From: Octopus vulgaris
Lineage: Eukaryota
DNA length: 64,000 nucleotides
NCBI GenBank assembly: GCA_951406725.2
Contig: OX597818.1
Coordinates: 138,632,001 to 138,696,000, forward strand
Reading direction: 5' to 3'
A program made the position numbers and the translations under genes. Shown piece by piece: positions 12,019-26,224 of this stretch. Below the pieces are notes generated by a model. It did no database searches. It had not been told where the DNA came from and saw only the letters and a list, made by a program, of their open reading frames with translations. The number at the start of each line of letters is the position of its first letter. The stretch's first letter is position 1.

Positions 12019-12255
12019 TCTGAAGGCGGCAAGCTGGCAGAAACGTTAGCACGCCGGGCGAAATGCGTAGCCGTATTTCGTCTGCCGTTACGTTCTGGGT
12101 TCAAATTCCGCCGTGGTCGACTTTGCCTTTCATCCTTTCGGGGTCGATAAATTAAGTACCAGTTATGCACTGGGGTCGATATAATCGACTTAATCCGTTT
12201 GTCTGTCCTCGTTTGTCCCCTCTGCGTTTAGCCCCTTGTGGGTAGTAAAGAAATA
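12019..12255 (+). mobile_element. SINE family B, young
   Basis: 13-bp TSD TATAATAATTAAA at 12006-12018 and 12256-12268. CpGs are intact. Confidence 0.92.
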
Positions 12256-12717
12256 TATAATAATTAAAGCTATCTAACATTTGTCGTATGGAGGCTGAAT
12301 TCTTCATTGCCACCAGTGCCATAATTGTCAAGATCACTACTACATCTCTTTGCAGTGAGAGTAGATGACTGGCATCAGTAATGGTGATGATAGTGGTAAA
12401 TATTTTTGTGGTTGTGAAGCTGTTGTTGTTATTTCAGCTAAACGCTTCCCAACTACAATAGCCCCAGTGATTTGTCCCCTACTGCGACTTTGGTTATGCT
12501 ACAGTAAGCCTCCTCCTATCTCTTCCATCTCGTCACTCTACATACACCATTATTGTTGCTGCCACTGCCATTATCATTGTCGGCACCCTCTCTTTTCACT
12601 TTTTACCTGTTTTATTTATTCCTTCATAATATTACTACACATTTAATGTGACCCCGCCCCACCCTCCTCCTGTAAAAGTTTGAGAATTTCATGAATGTTT
12701 TTCATTAATAGATGATG

Positions 12718-12781
<64 letters not shown>
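12718..12781. repeat. (ATA)n microsatellite
   Basis: Direct reading. Confidence 0.95.
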
Positions 12782-12784
<3 letters not shown>

Positions 12785-13619
12785 TGCATAATGGATTATT
12801 TATTAAGAGAAGCATAATGTAAGTAATTCATGAATGAATCAAAAGGACTTTTGTTATTATTTTAGGGTGGTATTTAGATACTTCCTAACAATGACCCCGC
12901 TGTCATTAGGCCTCATACAGATGAATAATTTCCTTTGAGGAAATGCTGGACCAATTTAGTAAGGGCTTGGGGGGGTGATATGAGGTTGTAATCAATAGAA
13001 TTGAAACCAATATCCCACTGATATTTATTTTATTACCTCATTCCCCTGGAGAGATGAAAGTTCATGCATAGCCCCCTCCTCAGTAGGAACAGTTTATTAC
13101 CTCAGCTTTATGTTAATGCTGTTGTCTCAAGGTGAGGCACTTATTGGTATTTACTGTTATCTACCGGTAGTGCTGTACTAATACTTCCATTAGTTCTTCT
13201 CTGCACTGAAAATATTTATGTAGATGATAAATGAATCTTGTGTATCAAGGGTGGCAGATTATTTGATTATCTTTATAACTGCCCCCGCACCTTCCATCCC
13301 CCACCCCCCAGTTTCTTACTTGTTCTAACTTTGATGTACTGCAAATGTTCAAGGACAACTACATTCGTTTGAGCTTAGATACAACGTGAAAGACAGATCT
13401 GGCATAACAAGGGTAACATCATTGATGAGATTGTGAATAGTGGTGAAAGGTTTCTAACAAAGTAACTGATTAATTGAGCCAATGATTAATCAAACAATTT
13501 GATTGGTTTATTGCTTAGTTAATTACTTGACTAACTAATAATAATAATAATAAAAGAAGTGAAATAGAACCAGTGCATGTATTTTTATTGGCAAAATGAC
13601 CCTCCCATGAATCAGCAGT

Positions 13620-13828
13620 ATTTATATCCAGTCCAAATATTCTACCTGCTTCATACTGAAGCTGGTGAAATCCAGCCTCTCACACTTACCCTACAATGTT
13701 TATCTAAAAATAAACAATCATATCCCTAAAATCTCAAAGCTACAAGATAATACATGATTAATTCTTTTTTTAAATGCAAATAAATAAGCATCACATTTGA
13801 CAGTAATCTGAATACTTAAAAGGTTTAA
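13620..13828. mobile_element. Degenerate piggyBac-type MITE (family P2)
   Basis: Homologous to 35174-35400 and 37648-37848. Ends ...TCTGAATACTTAAAAGGTTTAA. Confidence 0.6.
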
Positions 13829-14072
13829 GTTTATAGAATTACAGGGTTAACAATTCCTTCTTGCATAGTACCCATCCCAAAGTTTTTTGAGAGAATCAGT
13901 ATGATCAATACTTTAGAATTTCTAAAAAAAAATCCAAGATAAGACCAGATGTTACCTGCCATACCTGCACACATGTGCATGATGTTTAATTTGGTAAATT
14001 AAGTTACAAGTGAAAAGAGAAAGCAAAAGTATATACAAACTTATCAGATCTAGCTTCCTACACCAACCCTAC

Positions 14073-14497
14073 AATCATCATTATCATCATCATCATCATC
14101 ATCATTTAGCGTCCGCTTTCCATGCCAGCATGGGTTGGACGGTTCAACTGGGGTCTGTGAAGCCGGAAGGCCGCATCAGGCCCAGGCTGATCTGGCAGTG
14201 TTTCTACGGCTGGATGCCCTTCCTAACGCCAACCACTCCGTGAGTATAGTGGGTGCTTTTTACGTGCCACCCGCACAGGTGCCAGACTGAGCTGGCAAAC
14301 GGCCACAAACGGATGGTGCTTTTACATGCCACCGGCACGGGGGCCAGGCGAGGCTGGCAATGGACACGAATGGATGGTGCTTTTATGTGCCACCGGCACG
14401 GGGGCCAGGCGAGGCTGGTGACGTCCACGAATGGATGGTGCTTTTACGTGCCACCGGCACGGGGGCCAGGCAAGGCTGGCAACGGACACAAATGGAT
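14073..14497 (-). mobile_element. Family D element with ~60-bp internal tandem repeats, inserted in a P2 MITE
   Basis: (CAT)n tail, family D tail, then repeated units GGATGGTGCTTTTACGTGCCACCGGCACGGGGGCCAGGCGAGGCTGG. The MITE resumes at 14498-14652 and ends AAAGGGTTAA. Confidence 0.85.
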
Positions 14498-15452
14498 GTC
14501 ATTCTAAAAATATGTCATTCTAAAAATATTCTAAAAATATGCAACCACATCACCAAAATTTCAAAGCTATGTGATAATGCATGATTAATCCAAAACAATG
14601 GGAATAAATAAGCAGAACATTTGACAGAGTAATCTGAATGCTAAAGGGTTAAACCAGTAAACATTCACACAGACACGACTGCTGAGATACACATAGTCAA
14701 ATACACACACACACATACATATGTGCACACACATTCAGTGGTCTTCTGCAGACTCTACTGAATTTCGTTGCCAAAGTTAACCGGCGTCTCTAGGTAGAAG
14801 TTGCTTGCCTTAATTGCCTAAGTACTGTGCAATGCAGTTGAACCTAGGACTACAGGGGTTGCCAAATGAACTCCTTAATCATATGATTATGATTCTCTGA
14901 AAAATGTTCAGTTTTCTCATTAGCTCATTATGTTCTCTGTCATTCTCTCTCTCTCTCTCTCTCTCTTTCTCTTTCTCTCTCTGCTGCTGCTCATGAGGTA
15001 AAAACTGCTTGATACATCATAGTACTTCTGGCTCTTCAGCTGGGAGGCTAACATCTTATCAATATAATTATGTCTGTTGATATACTTATATGCAGAGGTG
15101 AAACAACTGTGTATGAATAAGATATTGGATTATCAGCTCATATAACATTTTACTATGTTTGAGACAACATTGTTTAAATCTGCATGATTTAAATAGCATA
15201 ACAGTCAGTAAGAGGTACCGTTTTGTTCCAGAAATGTTTCTTATTAACTATCTGGCAGTAGAATCATATTTCGTTTCGACACACCTCAATACGGAACTAA
15301 GCCAGCATTGTCTTTGAAACCTCGTGGCATCCATTTAATCATTTTTTACTCCACCCCTCTCTGCATGTGTGTGTTAACATTTATTCTTTCTTCCAGTTTT
15401 CTCATGCTAGCACAGTTTAGATGACTATCTGTATTGAGACATTGTTTTAGAG

Positions 15453-15797
15453 CTGTGGTTCTCCACCGGGGTCCATATGGCCCCTGAGGGAGCCATATGA
15501 GATTTTTGGGGTCCTCGTAGCAAAATAGTATATTGGGGATCCACAATAGTATTTTAAGGGCACTTGAAAATATTTTGCTTTAGATGTATGTATTGGTATG
15601 TATCAGAAGAAATAGGTTTTTTTCTCTAATATTTTACATAGTTCAACCTACGCAAGTTAATGTGAGAAAAACAAAATAGAAATTTTGAAAGAAGATTCTA
15701 TAAAACTAGTTTTTAAACATTGAATGGCTATGGGAATCCTCCAAAATAAAATGGAAGTCAAAGGGGTTGATAGATGAAAAACGGTTGAGAATCTCTG
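15453..15797. mobile_element. hAT-type MITE
   Basis: TIRs CTGTGGTTCTCCACCG / CGGTTGAGAATCTCTG. 8-bp TSD TTTTAGAG/TTTTAGTG. Confidence 0.8.
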
Positions 15798-16072
15798 TTT
15801 TAGTGCTAGATGTTCTTCCTGTTGTTAATCCCCACCCGTTTTTCAAATTATGGGTTCCTTATTCCATGCCCTCATGATTAGAACACCTTTCGCTATAGGT
15901 CTGCTGGATCAGGGCTGAGCTCAACAAAAATATTGATTAATTAACATAAAACTAAGGTAGCCATCATCAGAAGATCGCTGTTTACAAACGATACAGAAGT
16001 TGTTGACATAGAAAGAAGCAGGAGGAAAATGAGGTTTAATATTCATATCTTTGTAAATGTCATCAGCTATAT

Positions 16073-16470
16073 TTAACCCTTTTGTTACCAACCCTGCCAA
16101 AACCGGCTCTGGCTCTTTAGTACAAATGTCTTGTTTTCATAAGTTTTTCATTAAAATCTTCCACCAAACTTTAGTCGCAATTTAGGTTCCTAATGCTAGT
16201 TTAATGATAATTGAATTATTTTACTAAATTCTTTGTTATCATCATCATCATCATCATCATCATTTAACGTCCGTTTTCCATGCTAGCATGGGTTGGACGG
16301 TTTTGACTGAAGGCTGGCAACCAGATGGCTGCACCAGGCTCCAGTCTTGATCTGGCAGAGTTTCTACAGCTGGATGCCCTTCCTAACGCCAACCACTCCG
16401 AGAGTTATATTTAAAATAATTGAAAGAAACACATAGCATCTCAAAATAAATACAGTAACGAAAGGGTTAA
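16073..16470. mobile_element. piggyBac-type MITE (family P1) carrying a family D tail insertion at 16239-16403
   Basis: TTAA-CCCTTTTGTTAC ... GTAACGAAAGGG-TTAA. The insert is flanked by GTTAT on both sides. Confidence 0.88.
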
Positions 16471-17066
16471 GTAAAATAGTTCCACTGAGATTTGAAATTA
16501 GATTGTGGACATAGTTCTCTCAGAAAACTTTCTTCATGTTTTGTATTGTACTAATTAATACGTGAATATATATGAATACAAAGCATATCTTTAGTTAGGT
16601 TACATGCATACTTAGATGTGTTTACACACACATACATGTATATAAACTTAGATAAACTTAGATATGTTTTGACCAAAGATTGGTCCAGGCCATGTCTAAC
16701 TTAATAGCACCACCTGATAGGATTATTCGAATCCTGTTTAAGTCAAGTTTTGTTCAAGTAGTGAGTTCTTGTTGGGTGAGTTGTATCAAGTTTTGTTCAA
16801 GTAGTGAGTATATACTCAAACAATAATACATAAATACATATAAACATGCATACATACAAATGCTGTTGTCAGAGAATATATAAATGATTCACTTACATAT
16901 TTTGTAATCTAAAAGAATGAAATGTATAAAAATATATCTATTTATCATTATGTATATATATGTATATATATATATATATATCATTGAGCACCAAATGCGA
17001 GCACTGAACTTACAGCTTACACTATATGCATTGCATTGATGTATGTTTGTAATGTTCTTAAATCAA

Positions 17067-17100
<34 letters not shown>

Positions 17101-17369
17101 ATTGTCTGTGCTTATATTTTGATGAATTTGTCATAGTGTAAGTAGTCTAACTGATTTTGTGGTGTGTGTATATGCATAAAATATTAATATGGATGGTATC
17201 ACCAGCATCGTTATCATCCCTACTATCATAATGATAATGAAGAAATCAATTGAGCGAACTCTCTAGAAACAATTCCTGCCTACCTCCCTATTTCTATCCG
17301 AAGAGCCCTGACATACAATACAACCTTCAAAAGCTCCATTAGAATAAGTAATGATTTTATAAGAACATT

Positions 17370-17472
<103 letters not shown>

Positions 17473-18367
17473 GTGTGATGATGATGGTGATGATGATGAG
17501 AGCTGTTTGGGTATTCATTAACAAATCGAAAACCAGTCACCAAGTGAAAGGTATTGTAATCTGTGACTCATCTCTCTCTCTCTCTCTCTTGCTCTCTTCT
17601 CTCGCAATTTCCTTGCTTCTCTTTCTCACTCTAAATTCTCATCTCTTTTCTTGATCCCTCATCGCACACTCTCTCCCTCCCTCTTTCTCTCTCCTCCTCC
17701 TCCTCCTCCTCCTCTTCCTCCTCACCTCAATACCCAGTAAGAAACGGGTTAAGGATTAACAAAGTGATCAGCCATAAAACATTGTTTCCATCAATAATCC
17801 ATCCTGGTTACCAACTTTCAGTGTTTTTACCTTTATGTATGATGAATAATTCCTTTTTTCTATCATTGCTTCCTTCTTTTTTTTTTTTTCTTTTTTCATC
17901 TATGTGGGCGTGGATGCATATTCTTAGATCAATACAGTCATCAATCTGATTGGTTGATTGATTTCATCACTTGCTTAATTTAACATGAACTTTTGTTGTT
18001 GATGCTGTTTTTGTTGTTTAGTTTCGTTGTTGTTTTCAGTAGTTGTGGTTGTTGTTGGCTTATATATATTCCAGTGATGAAACATCTATGAATGAGTTAA
18101 AACCGAGAAACTACTGGCTTATTTATTAGTAGGAGGTTATGTGACGTGTAGTAAGGTCTGCTTTGCAAACATTACGTTTCTCCTTTCCTCTTTCCAGGGT
18201 GCATTTTTTAATACACGTGTCTAAATGTGTTGTGTGTCAATGCTGACATACATTCAAAATGACAAATGCAATTCATAATACTGATGGATATCACTGATAT
18301 ATAGATATGAGTAATGAATTTTCAGAGTATGAGATCTTAAGTTGAAAAAAAAGAAAGAAAGAAAAAG

Positions 18368-18795
18368 AGGCACAGGAGTGGCTGTGTGGTAAGTAGCTTG
18401 CTAACCAACCACATAGTTCCAGGTTCAGTCCCACTGCATGGCAATCTTGGGCACAAATGTCTTCTGCTATTGCCTTGGGCCGACCAAAGCCTTGTGAGTG
18501 GATTTGGTAGACAGAAACTGAAAGAAGCCTGTCGTATATATATATATATATATGTGTATGTGTGTGTATATGTTTGTGTGTCTGTGTTTGTCTCCCTAGC
18601 ATTGCTTGACAACCGATGCTGGTGTGTTTACGTCCCCGTCACTTAGCGGTTCGGCAAAAGAGACCAATAGAATAAGTACTGGGCTTACAAAGAATAAGTC
18701 CCAGGGTCGATTTGCTCGACTAAAGGCGGTGCTCCAGCATGGCCGCAGTCAAATGACTGAAACAAGTAAAAAAATAGTAAAAAAAAAGAGTAAAG
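18368..18795 (+). mobile_element. SINE family A, full length
   Basis: A box GTGGCTGTGTGG, B box GGTTCAGTCCC, CORE-like ATCTTGGGCACAAATGTC, A-rich GTAAAA tail. Confidence 0.9.
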
Positions 18796-20842
18796 AGAGA
18801 CAAATCTTTTGAAAAGATTTTAGCTATCTCATCACAAAGCATAAAAGTCTTGAATTAATTTAGAAACAGCTTCTTTAAGAACAAAATGAATCTCAAGAGA
18901 TACAAAGATATGGTACTTTTATCTTTGTCAGAGGTGCGAAATTTGTAGGTTGTCTCCATTTACGAAATTTTCTTCCTACTTAATGAAAATGTTCAGATTC
19001 TTCTGTTGCACGTTTGTGCATTTTAACCACCATTATTCTGTAACAGTTGAGCTTAAAATGAGAAATTAGATTACGCAAAGATGTTTTTTTTTATTTTTTT
19101 TTGTTTTCTAAAAGCTGTAATGTAATTATTAAGGTAAGTATTGGAAGCTCAGTGTGTATAATATTTATTTGAGTCTCTCTAGTTCAATGCACCTGTTTAT
19201 TCATCACCTATTCTATCATTTTGTAAGCTATGATTTTATAGCAGAAGGTTTCTTCCAAATTTTCCTATATTTATAACTAGAGAATTTTTAGAAACTTTCT
19301 TCTCTTATATATATAATTATTCAACATTTCAAATATGCACCTGTTTCTAAATATTTTCAAAGAATTATGTAAATCTGTATAGTATTATTTTATTGCAAAA
19401 CTATTAAACACACAAACACAAAGAAACACATAAGGAAACTTGTTTACAAGTTTCCTAGTTAATTAATAGGTGTGTATGTGTTTACAAGAGTTTCTTTAAA
19501 TGGAAAAATGTTCCATTGATTTATTAAACTGTAATACATTATTGGTATTTTATCTTTTTTCTGTTCCTGAGATAAAGAGAGAAATATGAAAAATGATGTT
19601 GATCTTAGCATGATTGCCATCTTAAAAACAAAAACAGATGATACACAATTTAGATACTGTTAAAGATTCCCTACTAATTTGTAGCACCTTATTAGACTAA
19701 ATATGTAGATATCGTTAAAATTTTAATACATATTTTGGGCGTAAGGAACAATTGAGTAAATTAGTTCTATTATTCAGCTGGTAATTTATTATATTAACCC
19801 TGGAAAGATGGAGGGCAAAGTTAGATAAGCTTTGGTAAGATTTGTGCTCAGAACATATTGACTTAAAAAATGCTATATAGCTATAAATTAGTAATATTGC
19901 TTAAATTAGTAAGTTAGTGGGTAAAAAAAAAAAAAATATTGGTTTCAAATTTTGGCACAAGTTCACCAATTTCAGGGAAGGGGTTAAGATGATTACATTG
20001 ACTCCAGTGTTCGACTGGTACTTATTTTATTGACCCCTTAGAGATGAAAGGCAAAGTCAACTTTGGTGGAATTTGATCTCAGAGAAGACAACCTTATTTA
20101 ACTGGAAATAAGTGTTTTTCTCTCTTCATACTTGAATTATTGCTGTTTAGCTCAAGGTCAACTACTCGAGTAGGCCTGTGGTCAATTACAATCCAGTCTT
20201 GACCATCTCATCTTCTTAGGTGTCTTTAATGCTTCATTTACTTTTTTTATAATTGTAAGGTGTGCTTTGAAGGGATTAAGCTACCATTTTTTTTGCAGTT
20301 CAGGCAACCCTGTGTAGGCACCCTCATTAGCAGTAGCAAATCTCTTGAATAAATAAGCATGGTTTTAAGTTTACAAATATCATTTCTCAAATTAAGTAAG
20401 ATGAAATCCTACAGATATTACCTCTGGTTATGGTTTCTTGGATTTTGGAAGTGTGAGTGACATAACAGCAATATTAAAAGATCTTGGAAGAAAGAAGAGA
20501 AAAATTTCTTCAGAATGCGCTGGTAGTACATGGTATATATAAAGTAAGAGAGGGCCAAGAAATGTGAGAGAAGGAGAGCATGAAAAAAAAAAGAAAAATG
20601 ATAAGGGGATTAAAAGGTACATACCTACTATAAGGGGAGCATAAGAGTGTACGTATGCCACTATATATATATATATATATAAATGGGGCAAAAATGCAAT
20701 AGAGGACATTAAAACATTTGGACAGATAGATGATACAAAGGTAGACAAGAGAAACACCAATTAGAAGGACAGGCAAAAAAAGAACATTTCGGGCAGTTAC
20801 ACTTGAGATAGTTCCATCTGGTTGCCCACCAAAACGTTGAAG

Positions 20843-21340
<498 letters not shown>

Positions 21341-24049
21341 TGAATGTACAGTATATTTATTTAGTAATGGGACATCCACATGATACCTCAACCTACTTGA
21401 AACCTACCATCTTAAGACAGGAAAGCTACATTTTATATGGTTCTGGGTGTATACTTTCAGGATGAAAAAAAAAGTGCGTAGGGATCATCATCTGAATACC
21501 TTTGATGATAGGTTTACACAATCAGGTTGATGTGGTAGGTAAGGGTTAAACAATAACAAGATGCTGCAGTAACTTTGAACTTGCAGCCTGTAAGCCAGTA
21601 AGTAAACCAATATCTTGTCCTTGTGAACATTTTACTTCTACTGTTGGAGGTCTTAACTATGCAAACATCAAGTGCCACAATTTCTCAATGAATTAGAAAC
21701 TATAACATGCTTGATGAAAAGAAGGGCATCCAACTGTAAAAATAAAACATGTCAAGAACATGAGGTATACGGCAAAGATAACTGGTTTCCCTATGGTTGT
21801 CTGCTTCAGATAACAAAAGGACCACAAAGAGCGGTACTGCACTTAAACTCATCAGAATAAATAATAATAATAAAAAAAACCTCCAAAGAAACAAAAACAT
21901 GTAAATCAAGATGATGAATTGGCTTATAAAAACTATAGCTGTCTTATATTAGAATCCCACGGATTGTTGGCTCCACATATTCAGACAAGAAAATTTTATT
22001 TGCTAGTTTGTTAATTTCCGTAACACTTCATGGACCTTTAGTTAGTTGTCCCAAAGTACAGTACTAGTCTTGATGTTTATGTAATCTTTTACCATGATGT
22101 TCAACCGTTATTCTTGTTGAATATGTGGGTGTATACTAACTAATATTCTTCATTTCTAAAGGTTGAATATATTCTAGATCTAACCATATTTTTGCTGTAT
22201 GTATGTATGTATATTTGTTGGCATATGTGTGTACATATTTGCACACAAATATTAAAGACTAGCTAATCAAACAAAAACAAATTATGAATGCATATGAGGA
22301 CAATAATTAGAGAATTAATGATAGTGATCATTATCATTATTTTTTCATAATTGTTGCTTTTTGGCATGAATCATATTGTCTTGAGGATAATTTATACATT
22401 CAAGTTCATTCAAATCAGTGCAACACTCACTCACATAATCCATAAATGGCTACACACACACACATTATATATATATGTGTGTGTATGAGTATATTTGTAT
22501 TTCAACACTTTATTCAATAAGATATATATTTAGATTTCGGAACCAAATTTTCTATTAAGAGAAAGAATCCTTGTATAAAACTTGGAAGTACTTTTACATA
22601 CCACAAGGGCCCACTTATAGATCTTCCCCCCTCTTATCTTGATTTGTCAGGTGAATCACAATAGAATAAAAACTAACCAACTCAAGGTCTTTTTATAATT
22701 GATTTCTGCTCCCAAGGCTCCCTTTTCTATAATTGATTTTAACACCCCTTTAAGGTTCTCTTTCATTTATATGTTTATGCTATATAGAAAATGGTAGTTC
22801 TTAATATAATTGTGTTTTCATAGCCAGTTACTGCTGCACACTCTACCATCAACAGTTGTGATGTGGGGGGGGGGGGGGGGGTGTGTAGGGGTTAGAGGTA
22901 AAGATAACGAAAGCAGTGGAAAAGAAAACAATAACAAAAGCAACAAAACAACAACACCTACTGGATGGAGCGAGAACAACAATAAATCGTCCTTTCAATT
23001 TACTCTCCTTCTGAATTGCCCCAATCAATAACCAATAATCAATAGGATTACTAGGTATTCACACTTCGAAATAATAGTTCTTGCTCCCGTGGCCCAACAT
23101 GTCTTGGAGGCCACACGAGTGGATAGTGGTGGTAAGTAGGAGGAGGAGGAGGAGGAGGAGGAGGAGGAGGAGGAGGAGGAGATGAAATGTGTTTGTGCAT
23201 GTTCATGTTTGAATGCATCTATATACTTGCATGGGTGCTTGAATGTGTATTATTGTGTATGTGAATGTGTGTGTGTGTGTGTGTGAGTGTGTGTGTGTTT
23301 GTTTTTGTTTGGGTGAATGTGTGTGTGTGTGTGTGTGTTTCTGTTTTGGTGAACATGTGTGTTTGCTTGTGTATGAGGAAGAAACAGAAAGAAAATATGA
23401 GAAACAGTTTGTTTGAATGAGGAAGGGAATTTAAAAGGAGAGAAATAAAAACAAGCTATAAAAAGGCAGGTGTAAAGTTTTTTTGTAATCTAAACACTGT
23501 TGTTATAAACACTTTGGGGGTACATTGAGATGTGAGATAACTAATAATTTTTTTGAGATATCAGAGGTGAAGAGTGAGTTTATGAAAAAGGTAGATTGGC
23601 AAAAAAGAAGGAGTTGGGGGGGGGAATAAGATGGAAAACAAACAAAGGAATGGGAAAGAACAGATAAAAATTGTTGGAGAGAGGGAAAAGAAATGAAATG
23701 GAGAAGGAAAGGAAAGAAAGAATAACTGTGAAATTGAGAGGCTGTTGAATGAAAAGAAAGTGGAAGGAAAAGAAGAAAGAAAGTGCAGAAAAGAAATTAG
23801 CTAAAAAATAGATTTAGAAAAATTATTTAGGAAAAGTGAACTTAGGGTTTGTTATTGGGTATATAGTTTATTGTGACAGAGAATTAGAAAGAAGATAGAC
23901 CATTGAATGAATTGGGCAAAGCCAACAAAGAACATGGTAAAATGAAAAAAAAAAAAGGATTGCTTTAATTGAAAGAAAGGAAGAATTCTGGAAATTGGTT
24001 AGTGTAAGAGAAAAGAACTTTGGTTCAATATTATAATCTTCATTGAAAC

Positions 24050-24483
24050 TTAACCCTTTCATTACCAACCCGGCCGAAACCGGCTCTAGTTCTAAGAACA
24101 GATATCTTGTTTTCATAAGTTTTGAATTTAAAATCTTCCACCAAACCTTAGTCACAATTTATGTTCCTAACACTAGCTGAATGATAACTAAGTTATTTTA
24201 TTAAATTCTTTGTTATATTTAAAGTAATTGAAAGAAACACAGACCATTTGAAACTTAACCCTTTCGTTACCAACCCGGCCGAAACCGGCTCTAGTTCTAA
24301 GAACAGATATCTTGTTTTCATAAGTTTTGAATTTAAAATCTTCCACCAAACCTTAGTCACAATTTATGTTCCTAACACTAGCTGAATGATAACTAAGTTA
24401 TTTTATTAAATTCTTTGTTATATTTAAAGTAATTGAAAGAAACACAGAACATCTCAAAATAAATACAGTAACAAAAGGGTTAA
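24050..24483. mobile_element. piggyBac-type MITE P1 with a 205-bp tandem duplication of its left part
   Basis: TTAACCCTTTC at 24050 and 24255. One right end, AAAAGGGTTAA, at 24483. Confidence 0.9.
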
Positions 24484-24769
24484 TTCTTTATACTTGTAGT
24501 TGTGATTGCTTTGGCAGTGGTGCTCCTACATAAATTCTTGATAGTTGTTTTTATTCTTTATTCCATTCTTCCTTCCATTTTGCTTGTGTCAACTTCTCTT
24601 TTGATCTTTCCTGGTTAATAAAATAATCTAGTAGTTTCAGTTATGCAGTCCCATAGAAACTAATCTGAACAAATGCAGTAGACTGGTTGTTGAATTAAAT
24701 AGCACCCAGGACCTAGTTCTGTATCTTGAAGGTTCAAATCCTAATACATCGTCTTTCCATTTATCTGTG

Positions 24770-25011
24770 AAAGGTAGGAGAGTCCAGTTTGCTGGACATT
24801 GTTGTAGAGCTGAAAAAGAAGTAATTTCTACTCTTCTCCTCTGGAAGCCATCTACTCGCAATACCAGAGGGCGCACACTCTCCTACCCTGATGTAATCTC
24901 CAGGGATACAGGCATCCAGCAACAGGACCTCTGTAATGCTATGATGGACCATGAAGTCTGGCGTAGCATAGTAAATTCCATTGTCTCGACCACGGTCGAA
25001 CAATGATGATG
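24770..25011 (+). mobile_element. 5'-truncated RTE-clade LINE, young insertion
   Basis: Uninterrupted RRVQFAGHCCRA...LLWKP...RGR..SYPD...MMDHEVWR. (TGA)n tail. Perfect 11-bp TSD ATTTATCTGTG at 24759-24769 and 25012-25022. Confidence 0.9.
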
Positions 25012-25828
25012 ATTTATCTGTGGTGAACAAAACCATTCTTGTTCTGGAATAGATTTTTGTCATCTATATACCTCACAACTTTGTGAACACCATTCTATTA
25101 TGAGACATCGTTAATTACTAATTTGGATTAAGGTGGATATTACTGAATAGTGGTAACTTTCTAACAAATATTCCAAACCTTGTTTCAATTCCCATATGGA
25201 ACTTTCTGACTTCAATGTAACATTGTTGTTATTGTGAAAGGATTGCATATTTCAATTTCCCTATACCTCTCCTTATCTACGAAGATTTTCAGTTTCATTT
25301 AATGAGGATATACTGAAAACGAGAATACTGCATACAGTTTGATACCTCATATTTCTGTATTCAACTTTGCCCGTTATCCTCCAGAGATCAATTTAAATCG
25401 ACTGTATTGAATTATCTAGATGTCCGTTACTTTTATCATCATCGTCATGATTATCAGCAACAGTATCTAAGATTTAACAATTATTTTCATTGCTCTGGTG
25501 ATCTGGAGAAATTTACAAACTGGTCTCTCTTTCTCTCACACTCACTTCTTATTTTCTCAAATTTCTATACACTCCTCATTCTGTCTGTCATTTCATTGTT
25601 AAGCTTCAACTTTCTATGGTCTCTCTCTCTCATTAAGTTCACTTTACTAATCAAGAATTCAGTGAATGCTGGAAAACCTCCTTGACACTAAGGAATGATT
25701 CAAATTTGTTCTCTTGCTTGTATTATGCACATAAGCCTAGCAATGAATATTGGTGAGACTGTAGAGTATACATCAAACTATCTTGTGGTAGTTGTCTTCT
25801 GTCACCCCTGTCTTATTATATAGTTGCA

Positions 25829-26212
25829 GTGGAGGTGCAATGGCCCAGTGGTTAGGGCAGCGGACTCATGGTCATAGGATCGCGGTTTCGATTCCCAGAC
25901 CAGGCATTGTGAGTGTTTATTAAGCGAAAACACCTAAAGCTCCACGAGGCTCCGGCAGGGGATGGTGGTGATCCCTGCTGTACTCTTTCACCACAACTTT
26001 CTCTCACTCTTACTTCCTGTTTCTGTTGTACCTGTATTTCAAAGGGCCGGCCTTGTCACTCTCTGTGTCACGCTGAATATCCCCCAGAACTACGTTAAGG
26101 GTTCATGTGTCTGTGGAGTGCTCAGCCACTTACACGTTAATTTCACGAGCAGGCTGTTCTGTCGATCGGATCAAACGGAACCCTCGTCGTCGTAACCGAC
26201 GGAGTGCTTCCC
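25829..26212 (+). mobile_element. tRNA-derived SINE family C
   Basis: A box TGGCCCAGTGG, B box GGTTTCGATTCC. TSD ATATAGTTGCA at 25818-25828 and 26213-26223. Near-identical copies at 40752 and 51363. Confidence 0.92.
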
Positions 26213-26224
26213 ATATAGTTGCAA

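Noticed and set aside
18177-18200. Strong splice-acceptor-like tract TTTCTCCTTTCCTCTTTCCAG|G
   Set aside because: All three downstream frames close quickly and no donor is evident.
25829-25905. tRNA gene candidates (also 40752, 51363, 18368, 27672)
   Set aside because: These are SINE heads continuing into repeat bodies, with no complete cloverleaf or oligo-T terminator.
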